In this document: positions 8,676 to 18,481 of the stretch, in pieces
Layout of the letters: each line of letters begins with the position of its first letter
Numbering within the stretch: position 1 is the first letter of the stretch
Source of the DNA: Microcoleaceae cyanobacterium
Lineage (GTDB): Bacteria > Cyanobacteriota > Cyanobacteriia > Cyanobacteriales > Microcoleaceae
DNA length: 64,000 bases
Direction: 5' to 3'
NCBI GenBank assembly: GCA_051652765.1
Contig: JBOFUV010000131.1
Location: 1-64,000 of the forward strand
Made by a program: the position numbers and the translations under genes
Notes under the pieces: generated by a model
What the model was told of the DNA's origin: nothing
What the model saw: only the letters and a program-made list of their open reading frames with translations
Databases searched by the model: none

Positions 8676-10406
8676 ATGACAACTTCAAACTCATTCTTAC
8701 AACGATTTTTGCCACAAGGGATTCAGCACAAAGCCATGGCTGAAGACTGGATTATGAGAATTTTGTTGGGGTTAGGAACCCTGTGGTTACTGATTGGAGT
8801 TGTGTTTCCTTTAGTGCCAATGATCAGTCGTAGTTTTCAGGATCGAGATGGGAACTGGATCGGACTTTCCAACTACGTTAAATACCTCACAACTCCTGCT
8901 TTAGGTCAATCTTTTGGAAATAGTTTGTATGTTGCAATTGTTAGTACCTTAATTTGTGTTGTGCTAGCGTTTGTCTACGCTTATGCCCTAACTCGAACAG
9001 CAATACAAGGCAAAGGAATTTTCCGCACCTTAGGAATGTTACCGCTTTATGTTCCTCCCATGGCCCATGCAATTGGACTAGTTTATTTATTTGGAAATCA
9101 GGGAATCGTAACCAAAGGGCTTTTTGGTCTGTTTCCAGGTTGGGATATTAATCTCTACGGCTCAACAGGGATTATTTTAGGGGAAGCTCTATACTGTTTT
9201 CCACAAGCCTTAGTGATTCTAATTACTGCCTTGAGCTTAACAGATGCTCGACTGTATGAATCAGCAGAAGTCCTTCGTACCTCACCTTTGCGAACGTTTT
9301 TAACTATAACGATTCCTGGAGTTAAGTATGGCTTGATCAGTGCAATTTTTGTCTGCTTTATTCTGGCATTTACAGACTTTGGTGTCCCCAAAGTTGTCGG
9401 GGGAAGTTTTAATGTTCTGGCAACGGATATTTATAAGCAGGTTATTGGTCAGCAGAACTTTGCAATGGGCGCAACAATTAGTGTTTTCCTGCTTGTTCCT
9501 GCTGTGATTGCTTATATCATCAATCGCATCATTCAGCGCCGCCAGACCACCTTTGTTAGTGCTAAGTCAGTGCCATTTCAAGCCAAGCCTAACTCAACTT
9601 TGGACTGGGTAATGTTTACTTTTTGCTGTTTGACCGCGTTAGCAGTTCTAATTGTATTCGGCACAATTATTTTTGCTTCTGTTGTCAAAGTTTGGCCCTA
9701 TAATTTTAGTTTCAGCCTCAAACATTATGACTTCGGTAATGTTGGAGGTGGAGGCTATCAAGCCTATCGAAACAGTATCTTGATGTCTCTACTGACAGCA
9801 GTTTTTGGGACGATAATTGTTTTCATTAGTGCTTACTTGATTGAGAAAGGTAAGGAATTACCCTGGTTAAGATTTGTCAATGCTTTTCTTTCAAACTTGC
9901 CCTTGGCATTGCCGGGATTAGTATTAGGTCTATCCTATGTTTTCTTCTTTAATCACCCTAGAAATCCTCTGAACTTCATCTATGGGACGATGATAATTTT
10001 AGTGCTCTGTAATATTGTCCATTTCTACACAGTTTGTTTTCTGACGGCCAGTACGGCGCTCAAGCAAGTTGATCCCGAATTTGAATCTGTTTCTGCATCC
10101 ATGAGAGTGCCATTCTACAAAACATTTTGGCGAGTGACTGTTCCCATGTCGATACCAGCTATTTTAGAAATTGGGATTTATTATTTTGTTAATGCCATGA
10201 TTACAATCTCTGCCATTGTCTTTCTTTATCCAGCCAATTTGCCTCTCGCTGCAGTGGCAATTGTCAATATGGATGATGCTGGAGATGTTGCGGCGGCGGC
10301 GGCGATGTCAACCCTGGTTGCGTTTACCAGTATTGGCGTGAAAATCCTTTATCATTTTCTGACTCAAGGCTTACGCAACCGAACTCAAGCCTGGTTAAAT
10401 CGATAG
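8676..10406 (+). CDS. Putative 2-aminoethylphosphonate ABC transporter permease (PhnU2 type, two BPD_transp_1 domains)
   Basis: About 12 TM segments; DARLYESA, TDFGVPKVVGGSFNVLATDIYKQVIGQQNF, LKQVDPEFE, MDDAG. Confidence 0.85.
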   Translation: MTTSNSFLQRFLPQGIQHKAMAEDWIMRILLGLGTLWLLIGVVFPLVPMISRSFQDRDGNWIGLSNYVKYLTTPALGQSFGNSLYVAIVSTLICVVLAFVYAYALTRTAIQGKGIFRTLGMLPLYVPPMAHAIGLVYLFGNQGIVTKGLFGLFPGWDINLYGSTGIILGEALYCFPQALVILITALSLTDARLYESAEVLRTSPLRTFLTITIPGVKYGLISAIFVCFILAFTDFGVPKVVGGSFNVLATDIYKQVIGQQNFAMGATISVFLLVPAVIAYIINRIIQRRQTTFVSAKSVPFQAKPNSTLDWVMFTFCCLTALAVLIVFGTIIFASVVKVWPYNFSFSLKHYDFGNVGGGGYQAYRNSILMSLLTAVFGTIIVFISAYLIEKGKELPWLRFVNAFLSNLPLALPGLVLGLSYVFFFNHPRNPLNFIYGTMIILVLCNIVHFYTVCFLTASTALKQVDPEFESVSASMRVPFYKTFWRVTVPMSIPAILEIGIYYFVNAMITISAIVFLYPANLPLAAVAIVNMDDAGDVAAAAAMSTLVAFTSIGVKILYHFLTQGLRNRTQAWLNR

Positions 10407-10696
10407 TAAGAAGGATTAAGCAGGCTAAACCCGTAAAAACGGCTGTCAGGATCGAGGGTTGGATCAACGGTTCACTGCTACAAAAGTTAGCCAGATGTCC
10501 AACATCCGCTGCAAATTTCCTGTTCTCGTTCAGACCTTAGCCCTGGTGAAATAAACTCTTCAACACTCCAGCCGTTCAAAATGGTGAGTTTGTTACTGTT
10601 CAAGGCTACTCAGTCCCAACATCTTTAATTGTGGAGACATTGAAGGGTTGCTTTTCCCAAAAATTGCGGAATCTGATATCTATGTGATCAGCGATT

Positions 10697-10726
10697 CTCC
10701 TAAATCCTCTTAAAAAAGGGGGACTT
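10697..10726. repeat. Small dispersed palindromic repeat (cctcttaaaaaaggggg type)
   Basis: Related copy at 32327-32357 (ctcccccttaaaaagggag); resembles common cyanobacterial intergenic repeats. Confidence 0.5.
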
Positions 10727-10800
10727 GAATGGCTAAACAGTGCCTCACCGATTTAAAAACCGCTGGATAGCATAATCTAACTTGAAGCGTGAACTGAAGT

Positions 10801-10848
10801 GAGCATCTTGTCTATGCAAGCTTCTAGCCCGCGCGGGCAAGATGTCTC
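10801..10848 (+). repeat. Short dispersed repeat, copy 2, hairpin-forming
   Basis: GAGCATCTTG...CAAGATGTCTC inverted repeat; core matches 3181-3206. Confidence 0.6.
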
Positions 10849-11138
10849 ATCAATCAGTAGTGATTGGTATAGTTTTGTTAAATTGTTATCCATGTCTTCA
10901 ATTCAGCTTACAAAAAGCTACATTCGCTGACTTTTGCAAGCATTTTTTTGATTCAGAGGTAGAAATTTTAGGGAATTCAACTCGAATTTTGATCTCATAG
11001 ATACCGTTTAAAACTGATGTTATGCTACGATGCAAATAAGTGGCATTTCCTAATGCGCGGCTATGCATGGGTGATTTTCAGATTTAGGAAAGTTCAAGTT
11101 TCAAATTTAGCAATTCAATTAGCAATTCAAGAGGTAGT

Positions 11139-11357
11139 ATGAGCCAAACGGTTACACACCCGATGGAGAAATTTCAACGTCAGGTGAGTTCTCTGGTCAG
11201 GTCTAATATTGTCAATTCCACGGACAGTCTTTGGAAGATTGCCTTGCTTTTTGGTGAGGAGTGGCAGTTTTGGAAGCGAGAACTTTTAGAGTTTGGGTTT
11301 TCAATGCAAGACCCTATTAGCGAGCTTTTAGCAGTTGAAGCTTGGGATGAAGAGTGA
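11139..11357 (+). CDS. DUF4327 family protein
   Basis: HPMEKFQRQVSSLV...DSLWKIALLFGEEWQFWKRELLEFGFSMQDP...WDEE; GAGGT RBS. Confidence 0.8.
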   Translation: MSQTVTHPMEKFQRQVSSLVRSNIVNSTDSLWKIALLFGEEWQFWKRELLEFGFSMQDPISELLAVEAWDEE

Positions 11358-11360
11358 AGA

Positions 11361-12605
11361 TTATTTCTGACACTGGACGAGTACTTCTACCAACTCTTTC
11401 ACGGTTTGAAGGCGATCGCGCACTCGATAGGTCGTTGCTTTGCTGATCACTTTCTTCAGCTCAGGAGTCATCGTTGGAACGTTGTCTAGATTGAATCCAT
11501 AGCTTTGAGCTTGCTTGCTATAAAAGTTCAACGGGCTTTCGCCAGTGACGAGGAATATCAGGGTTGTACCAATTGCATAGAGGTCAGATTGAGTTAGAGG
11601 CTGCCCCCTGTCCTGCTCTGGAGCGCTGTATCCTTCTGCACCGATTCGGGTTCCAGGGGGAGTTCCGATTTCTTTGACAGCCCCAAAGTCAATGACGATG
11701 ATGCGGCGATCGCGACGATGCAGCAATAAGTTTGCGGGTTTAATATCTCGATGGACAATCGGCGGGGTTTGAGTGTGGAGGTAGTCCAACACCTCACAGG
11801 TTTGCAACATCCATTCAACTGCTTGGATAGGAGCTACGGGGCCACGTTGATGAATCAGTTTTTCTAGATCCTGACCATGGATCATCTCCATCACTAAATA
11901 CTTCTTACCCTGCTCTACAAAAAAGTCGTAAAACTGGGGAATTCCCTGATGATTCAGGGCTTTCAGCATCCGGGCTTCCCGCTCAAAGAGTTCTTGCGCC
12001 TTGGCAATTTGTGCCATATCTGTGTTCATCTCTTTGATCACCGCCAAATTTGGAGGGGTGATTTGTCCTAGACCTTGGGTTGGACTTTGGATTGGATTCT
12101 GCTCTGGGTCCCAAGCTAGCAAGGTTGTTCCCATCCCTCCCTGGCCTAGGGTTTGGAGTACTTGATACTGGCGCACGGTGCGCTCAACCTTGATCGGAAA
12201 ACCGCAGTGAATACAAAACAGGTGATGGGGTGGATTGCCTGCATGGGTACAGTTGGGGCGGATGGGGGGGGTTGTTTTCTGGGAAGTCACTTGAAACTGA
12301 AGTAACGGGCCGCCCCGTGCTAGTTCAATCATTGCTCCAGGCAGTAAAACCGCCTGATTAATGAGTAATCCATTCAGAAATGTGCCGTTTGTTCCTTTGC
12401 TCACCAAGCGCCAACTTTGGCCGGGGGTTGAGGAGTCAGATTCATGGAGTTCAACATGGTAGCGAGATACAAGCGGATCAACAATTACAACATCGTTGTC
12501 TGCGGCTCGCCCAATTCGAATGCAGGACTCTTGGGTGAATTTCCACTGTTCTAGGGAGGTTTTGAGTTTGGGGTCTAAGCGAACTAACGTGACAACCTTA
12601 GTCAT
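11361..12605 (-). CDS. FHA-domain Ser/Thr protein kinase (FHA + Zn ribbon + kinase)
   Basis: IRIGRAADND, VSRYH, GTNGTFLNG (FHA); CTH...FCIHCG; LGQGGMG, VIKEM, HRDIKPAN, IDFG, YSAPEQ. Confidence 0.9.
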   Translation of the reverse strand: MTKVVTLVRLDPKLKTSLEQWKFTQESCIRIGRAADNDVVIVDPLVSRYHVELHESDSSTPGQSWRLVSKGTNGTFLNGLLINQAVLLPGAMIELARGGPLLQFQVTSQKTTPPIRPNCTHAGNPPHHLFCIHCGFPIKVERTVRQYQVLQTLGQGGMGTTLLAWDPEQNPIQSPTQGLGQITPPNLAVIKEMNTDMAQIAKAQELFEREARMLKALNHQGIPQFYDFFVEQGKKYLVMEMIHGQDLEKLIHQRGPVAPIQAVEWMLQTCEVLDYLHTQTPPIVHRDIKPANLLLHRRDRRIIVIDFGAVKEIGTPPGTRIGAEGYSAPEQDRGQPLTQSDLYAIGTTLIFLVTGESPLNFYSKQAQSYGFNLDNVPTMTPELKKVISKATTYRVRDRLQTVKELVEVLVQCQK

Positions 12606-12715
12606 ACAGGGCAATATTCTGATTCTCTATTCAATACTTTACAAACACTTCAGTAGAAACAGTCAAGCAATTAAGGATGGCGGTAAGATCAAGGCGTAAC
12701 TTCTTGAGCCTGACG

Positions 12716-13480
12716 ATGACAACAACCTCACCCCTTGCTCAAAACACTGAAGTTTTCTACCCCAGTGCCGACGGAGAACCTGTGGCTGAAACCTACGACC
12801 ATTTGTATGTGCTGCTGATGACGCTAGAAGTGCTCAGACAATACTTACTGGGTCAACAGGCAACGGTGTTGGGCAACCAGTTTATGTACTATTCTCAGGG
12901 CTATCCCAAACTTAGAACAGCTCCTGATGTCATGGTGATTCTGAACGTAGAACCAGGGGGACGGGACAACTATAAAATTTGGGAAGAGGGTCAGGTACCT
13001 ATCGTCATCTTCGAAATGACCTCAAAAAGTACCCGTTCAGAAGATCGCACCTTCAAAAAAAAGCTCTACGAACAACTGGGAGTTCAGGAATATTGGCTGT
13101 TTGATCCAAAAGGAGAATGGATTCCAGAACAGTTGCAAGGGTATCGTCTGCAGAGAGAAACCTATGAACTCATTACAGACAGCCGCAGCGAACCTTTGAA
13201 GTTGCGGCTAATCGCCGAGGGAAAACTGATTGGATTTTACCGGGAAGAGACAGGAGAGAAGCTATTGATTCCCGGTGAATTAGCAACGGCTTTACAGCAG
13301 GAAACTCTGGCTAGACAGCAAGCTGAAGCACAAATGGAACAAGAACATCAACGCGCTGAGCGAGAACATCAACGAGCCGAACAAGAGCACCAACGCGCTG
13401 AAGAACTAGAAGCCTTGGTCAATCAGTATCGCGATCGCTTCGGAGATCTCTCATTCGGAGACCCCCCAAAAGAAGGATAA
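12716..13480 (+). CDS. Uma2 family (DUF820) endonuclease-like protein
   Basis: YPSADGEPVAET, APDVMV, IFEMTSKST, LGVQEYWLFDP; C-terminal EQEHQRA coiled-coil repeats. Confidence 0.9.
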   Translation: MTTTSPLAQNTEVFYPSADGEPVAETYDHLYVLLMTLEVLRQYLLGQQATVLGNQFMYYSQGYPKLRTAPDVMVILNVEPGGRDNYKIWEEGQVPIVIFEMTSKSTRSEDRTFKKKLYEQLGVQEYWLFDPKGEWIPEQLQGYRLQRETYELITDSRSEPLKLRLIAEGKLIGFYREETGEKLLIPGELATALQQETLARQQAEAQMEQEHQRAEREHQRAEQEHQRAEELEALVNQYRDRFGDLSFGDPPKEG

Positions 13481-13511
13481 AAGACTCTCAAACAAAAATT
13501 AAGACCCGCTC

Positions 13512-15308
13512 TCAAATCTCAGGCTTGTCTACCAGGTTACCTTCCAAGGGAGATTTCAGGGGATCTTCCAGATTGACCTTCAAGTTCTCCTCAAGTACTA
13601 GCTCTTGCCAAGACTGCAACGCAGCAATCACAAAATAACCCATGGGATGGGCAATAACCCGCTCAAAGACTTTTAAATTGCCCGATCGAAGGGTGTTGCT
13701 CACCAGTTGCTTTAGCTCTGAGGTATGCTCCACCTGGCAAATAACTTCAGCGGCGGCCCGCATTTGTTCAGAAATTGCGCGAGTCGGGTAAACTTCATCA
13801 ACCTGCAAAATCACTTGCTCTAACTCTTCGGCGACCCGAGCCAGATCTGGAGAAATCCCGTGATCCGGAGCCTTGTGATTTAGAGCAGACTTTGATGTTT
13901 CCATGGGCTGATCCCAAACCAAGTCTCGCGAGTACAGCGACCAACGGCGGGACTGCAACGTGGACTGTACTAGCTCAGTAAATTCTCCAGGTTTAAAGGT
14001 GTGATCCCAATCTTCCGGTTGGCGATAGGGATTAGAATCGAGACTGTTTTCTGGCGGAAGGCGCAGGAACGCATAGTCACATTTCACCTCATCCAGGTAG
14101 GTGGTTGCCGTAATTCCCCAGTCTTCGATATAGGCTCCCGTTAGGGTTGCCTTCGCCAGATTCGCTTGACTCAATCGGGTGCGAACCAGCTTGGCCCCAG
14201 ACAGATTTGCCTTGCGGAGATTGGCATAGCTCAAGTTTGCCTCGATCAAACTGGCATTGGTTAAATTCACTTGCTGCAAATTGACCCCCCGCAAATCTTG
14301 ACGATCCAGGTTAAGGTTTTGGCCTTGACCGGTTTCCAGGAGCGTTCTGACCTGAAAGTTTTGGAGATAGGTCATGCCAGAACGGACACGATTCAAATGC
14401 TTTGCCCTGCGCCACCCTGTCCGAATTAAAGTGGCTTGCCGAAAATCCGTTCCCCGCAAGATCGCCCCAGCAAAATCAGCATCCGTTAAATTGGCCCGCC
14501 GAAAACTGGTTCCCCCCACAGCCGCCAAATTCACCGCCAAGTTTTGAATCAAGCCCTCTTTTCCTCGATTGCGAATGGCTCGCCAGCCCAAGCCATCAAA
14601 CAAGAACGTAATTCCGACTGCGAGGGCGATCGCCAATCCGACGCTTTCCCCCGAAATATAGGCCGCAATTCCTCCGGCAATGCCAATCACAGCAACTGCT
14701 CGAATGGCACTGATTAACAGGGCAAATTCTTCGACCACCGCAAACGCCACCGCAAACGCCACCGCCGAGGCAAACCCAATGGCTCCCGCAAACCCTGCCA
14801 ACACCGCTGAAATCGCAATATTGCCTAATAGGGCAAATCCCTGGGCAAAGCCAGTTACAATCCCAATCGTTAAACCGACTAAAGCAATTTCAATCACTCC
14901 CAACAAAGGCCCCAAATGGCCTTCTTGACTCCGTCGCCAAGCAATAAACAGAAACGTGATCGCTAGGGCAAAAGTCATCCACCCCCGATTTGCCGCTTCC
15001 GGACTAGAAATACTAAAAACAAACAAAACGCCGTAACAGACCAAAACCAATCCTAGGCCCAGAAGCACCGAAAGCATTGCTGCTGAGACAAACAAGATGC
15101 CAATCCAACGGTTCTGAAGACCCGCCTTAGTGCCTTTGAAGTGAGTGCCTTTCAGGATGGCCCCACCAAAGTTAGCGCCCTGAATCTCAGCATAACTGAA
15201 ATCGGCTCCCGACAAATCTTTCCCCCGAAAAGACTGACCCCTGAGGATTTGACCCCGAAAGTCCCTGCGACCGTTTGCATAAAGCTGTAACACTTGGTGG
15301 CTTTTCAT
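13512..15308 (-). CDS. Membrane-spanning pentapeptide repeat protein
   Basis: N-terminal YANGRRDFRGQILRGQSF, central hydrophobic segments, then A(N/D)LxxA repeats and GAYIEDWGI. Confidence 0.85.
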   Translation of the reverse strand: MKSHQVLQLYANGRRDFRGQILRGQSFRGKDLSGADFSYAEIQGANFGGAILKGTHFKGTKAGLQNRWIGILFVSAAMLSVLLGLGLVLVCYGVLFVFSISSPEAANRGWMTFALAITFLFIAWRRSQEGHLGPLLGVIEIALVGLTIGIVTGFAQGFALLGNIAISAVLAGFAGAIGFASAVAFAVAFAVVEEFALLISAIRAVAVIGIAGGIAAYISGESVGLAIALAVGITFLFDGLGWRAIRNRGKEGLIQNLAVNLAAVGGTSFRRANLTDADFAGAILRGTDFRQATLIRTGWRRAKHLNRVRSGMTYLQNFQVRTLLETGQGQNLNLDRQDLRGVNLQQVNLTNASLIEANLSYANLRKANLSGAKLVRTRLSQANLAKATLTGAYIEDWGITATTYLDEVKCDYAFLRLPPENSLDSNPYRQPEDWDHTFKPGEFTELVQSTLQSRRWSLYSRDLVWDQPMETSKSALNHKAPDHGISPDLARVAEELEQVILQVDEVYPTRAISEQMRAAAEVICQVEHTSELKQLVSNTLRSGNLKVFERVIAHPMGYFVIAALQSWQELVLEENLKVNLEDPLKSPLEGNLVDKPEI

Positions 15309-15425
15309 TCGCAGTTGAGCACAAGTTAGCATCCATCCTCAGTATCTTAGCGGCTGAGACTTCCCCTTTGCCCCTACAATATCAAGGGTGACTGTAGCAA
15401 ACTTAACACTTTGGAGGAAGAACCC

Positions 15426-15980
15426 ATGCTGAAGCTCTACGGTGGTGCCGTCAGCCGCGCCTCAATTGTTCAATTGTACCTAGAAGAATTGGGTATTCCT
15501 TATGAATTCGTTCAACTCGATATGAAAGCAGGAGCCCATCGGCAACCGGACTTCCTTGCAATTAACCCCATGGGTAAAGTCCCAGCCATTGAAGATGGAG
15601 AGTTCAAGCTTTGGGAGTCTGGGGCTATTTTATTGTACCTGGCTGACAAACATGGCCAGATGCCTGAATCAGTTGAGCAGCGAGCTGAAGTTGTTCAGTG
15701 GGTGCTTTTTTCCAACTCAACCCTAGCCACTGGAATGTTCATTGAGGGGAATCGGGAACGGGAAACGCCAAATCTGATGAATCCGTTGAATGAACTTTTG
15801 CAACGGCAGTTCTACATTACGGGTGAAGCCTTCAATGTTGCAGATGTTGCGGTGGGTTCAACGTTAGGATTTATGCAAATGATGTTGAAGTTTGACTTTA
15901 GTCCCTATCCTGGGGTTATGAGCTACGCAAATCGGCTGTTTGAACGTCCTTCATTCCAAAAAGTGATGGGAGGCATGTAA
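15426..15980 (+). CDS. Glutathione S-transferase family protein
   Basis: MLKLYGG.VSRASIV, INPMGKVPAI, LWESGAILLYLA; GGAGG RBS before ATG 15426. Confidence 0.9.
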   Translation: MLKLYGGAVSRASIVQLYLEELGIPYEFVQLDMKAGAHRQPDFLAINPMGKVPAIEDGEFKLWESGAILLYLADKHGQMPESVEQRAEVVQWVLFSNSTLATGMFIEGNRERETPNLMNPLNELLQRQFYITGEAFNVADVAVGSTLGFMQMMLKFDFSPYPGVMSYANRLFERPSFQKVMGGM

Positions 15981-16104
15981 GCCCTGAAGGTTAAGTCCAG
16001 CCATCTTAAGCTGACAACCCCGAGTTTACGTTAAGCTTCAAGGGTCACTTCAAGAGTGACGTTAAGAATTACTTTAAGAGTTGCTCTAAAAATTTCTGTT
16101 GAAT

Positions 16105-16147
16105 TAGGGAATGGGTCTGAAGATTAAAACTTCCTGCCTATTCCCTA
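16105..16147. terminator. Stem-loop between the convergent GST gene and psbK
   Basis: TAGGGAATGGG (16105-16115) pairs with CCTATTCCCTA (16137-16147). Confidence 0.5.
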
Positions 16148-16164
16148 CACACCAGTCCCAAACC

Positions 16165-16302
16165 CTATCTGAACCCGACTGAAGCCTGCCAAACAAAAGC
16201 CAACAGTAGAAAAAAGATGGGGATTAGGGGCAAAACATCAACCACTGGACTAAAGACGGAGTAAGCTTCGGGCAGCTTCGCTAGTAACAGTACAGCTTCC
16301 AT
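16165..16302 (-). CDS. psbK: Photosystem II reaction center protein K (not in ORF track)
   Basis: Manual translation: [45 protein letters not shown] (45 aa); AGAGG RBS upstream. Confidence 0.97.
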   Translation of the reverse strand: MEAVLLLAKLPEAYSVFSPVVDVLPLIPIFFLLLAFVWQASVGFR

Positions 16303-16352
16303 GAACTCGTGAACCTCTCTACAGGATTTTCAGAATTTTCACGTATTTTAAC

Positions 16353-16919
16353 ATGGACGCTCACACTTCTCTTCAATTCCTGATGACACCCTTATTTGAG
16401 ACTAAGCGCTTGACCATACGATCTTGGATGCCTGAACAAGATGCGGCTCAATCCTTTAAAATTTATGGCGATCCAGAAGTGATGCGCTTCATTCGTCTGG
16501 CGGATTTGTCCGTCGATGCCGTGGGCGATCGCCTCCGTCAAAGATTAGACCAAGATGGATTTCGCAACAATGGCACAGGATCATGGGCAGTCGTTAACCT
16601 TGAAAATCAAGAGATATTGGGGGCAATTCTCTTGGTACAACTCCCTGATAATCAAGGTCAGTTAACCACCGACTATGAAATTGGTTGGCATTTCCGCAAG
16701 TCTTCCTGGGGTAAGGGTTATGCCACTGAAGCCGCCCAAGGAATCATAAACTATGGATTTAACACACTCAACCTGGCTGAGATCTACGCCGTTGTGAAGC
16801 CAGAAAACCATCCCTCGATTCGAGTGACTCAACGGCTAGGCATGACCCCTTTAGGATTGACAAACCAGTATTACAATACTGACCTGCTGCTGTTTAGAAT
16901 TAGGCAGCCTAAACAGTGA
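16353..16919 (+). CDS. GNAT N-acetyltransferase (RimJ/RimL family)
   Basis: FETKRLTIR, YEIGWHF, WGKGYATEAA, NHPSIRVTQRLGM. Confidence 0.88.
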   Translation: MDAHTSLQFLMTPLFETKRLTIRSWMPEQDAAQSFKIYGDPEVMRFIRLADLSVDAVGDRLRQRLDQDGFRNNGTGSWAVVNLENQEILGAILLVQLPDNQGQLTTDYEIGWHFRKSSWGKGYATEAAQGIINYGFNTLNLAEIYAVVKPENHPSIRVTQRLGMTPLGLTNQYYNTDLLLFRIRQPKQ

Positions 16920-17012
16920 GGTTTGGGAACGCTCCAAACCTCACCCACAAATTATTTTAGATTGCTACATTTCACGCAACGTTATTTTACTCAACGTTCT
17001 CTAGAAAGCTCT

Positions 17013-17474
17013 TTATGCCTTGAGCCAAAGCTCCTGAATTTTTCCAGGCAAGCTATTGCTGATCTCTTGAATTCTTTCTTGGGAAAGTTCATCCTTGGTT
17101 GCTGAGAATACTGCTTCAATCACAGCTTCTCCACTCGTGCCTCTTGGCATTCCCCCTTCCTGCTCAATTCGGCGGATAAACAAATTATCATCAATGTTCA
17201 AAGGAGGTCGAATCCGGCTTAGCCAAGCAACGATTGGATTAGTATCTTTCCACAACATCGAGATCTCTGCTTGTAGAGTTTTATCTGAGGTTGACTGAGC
17301 TTCACTATGGAGTTCTGTGGCGACTCGATCGGCTGCTTCAGTGGTCATCAAATCTCGCATTGTGCGAAACACAACTTCACATAAATCCCTTGCTTCATAA
17401 AGATCGGTTAACTCAGCCTTGGACTGAATCTTTTCTAAAAACACTGAGTTGGATGCTGAGATTTGTTCTGACAT
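17013..17474 (-). CDS. DUF2267 family protein
   Basis: DLYEARDLCEVVFRTMRDLM, LWKDTNPIV, VFSATKDEL...LPGKIQELW. Start MSEQIS at 17474 with GAGGG RBS. Confidence 0.8.
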   Translation of the reverse strand: MSEQISASNSVFLEKIQSKAELTDLYEARDLCEVVFRTMRDLMTTEAADRVATELHSEAQSTSDKTLQAEISMLWKDTNPIVAWLSRIRPPLNIDDNLFIRRIEQEGGMPRGTSGEAVIEAVFSATKDELSQERIQEISNSLPGKIQELWLKA

Positions 17475-17797
17475 TATCAAGTTTCCCTCAAAAATATAAT
17501 CATATAGTGATTCAGGTTGAGGTGAGGTGTATAGATCTGCCCTACAATACCTGCCAGTGCTGCTTCCCTTTGCGATTGCTGGCCGCAGATCTGTGAGGCC
17601 GTGCAATGGGTTTTGGGCGATCGCCTGGAAATAAGGAGTGCAGACCTAGAGTATTCAGGGATACGTTTCATGCTTTGTTAAAAATTTGACAGAACTTCTT
17701 TGATGGATGTATGCTTTGCGGAGATTCTAGGGTAAAATTGGCGCAAAATCAGTCTTAAAGAGTCTGTTCTTCCCTTAAAGTATTAGGAGCCTAGTTT

Positions 17798-18181
17798 ATG
17801 GTTGGTTTCATAATTAGTATTGTTGTCATAGCAATCAGCTTATTGATCATCTCAAAAATTCCTCCCATCGGGGTTGAAATCGACAATCCTGTTAAAGCGT
17901 TAATGGCAGGGGCGGTGATTGGAGCATTTAGTGGGATCTGGGGCTTATTTCCCAATGTTCTTAGAAATCTCACATGGCTTTTGAGTTTGGGGATTCTCCC
18001 TCTGATCGGCAGCATTATCGTTTTTGGGATCTCTGCCTATGCAGTAGAAGGATTTCGGCTGCGCTACGGGATTTGGAGTGCAATCTTGGGAGCGATCGCC
18101 CTCGCTATTGTTAGCTCCATTTTGAATTTCATTCTGGCTCAAGTTGGCATTGTTGGGGGCGGAATTCCTGTTACTCCCTAA
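17798..18181 (+). CDS. Phage holin family (YvlD/DUF360-like) membrane protein
   Basis: Four hydrophobic segments, GVEIDNPVKAL, VEGFRLRYGIWSAILGAI; AGGAG RBS. Confidence 0.8.
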   Translation: MVGFIISIVVIAISLLIISKIPPIGVEIDNPVKALMAGAVIGAFSGIWGLFPNVLRNLTWLLSLGILPLIGSIIVFGISAYAVEGFRLRYGIWSAILGAIALAIVSSILNFILAQVGIVGGGIPVTP

Positions 18182-18220
18182 GGGCTGAATTTGTACTGAG
18201 AAGCTCTGCTTGAGTGTGAA

Positions 18221-18280
18221 TTCAACAAGTTCAAGTTCAATCAACTCAAGCTCAGCAAATCTAAGTTCAACAAATCTATA
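18221..18280. repeat. Imperfect 15-bp tandem repeat x4
   Basis: ttcaacaagttcaag ttcaatcaactcaag ctcagcaaatctaag ttcaacaaatctata. Confidence 0.7.
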
Positions 18281-18481
18281 TTTAACGTTATGAGCTGACT
18301 CAAGTTTGTATGCCACAGGTAGAGCCAGCTTGTTTTTTATTGTACTTGCACCTTAAATTTGATGAGAGGGAAAGTTAGAAATAGGGGTCGAATCAGTACA
18401 GATACCTGCAAAATTAACTAATTCAAATCAGTTAAACTGGACAAAACCTTTAGATATAATTAAATATAATCCTTAAGTATA

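Noticed and set aside
13337..13400. 21-bp repeats in the Uma2 gene
   Set aside because: Ordinary EQEHQRA coiled-coil repeats typical of cyanobacterial Uma2 proteins.
16030..16330. Possible 6S RNA or other ncRNA in the GST-GNAT gap
   Set aside because: The region is explained by psbK on the minus strand plus its terminator.
17798..18181. Holin-family gene as evidence for a prophage
   Set aside because: This family is commonly chromosomal in cyanobacteria, and no phage genes or integrase are nearby.
17945..18316. 123-aa minus-strand ORF
   Set aside because: Antisense to the holin-family gene; its ELELIELEL stretch is just the 15-bp repeat.
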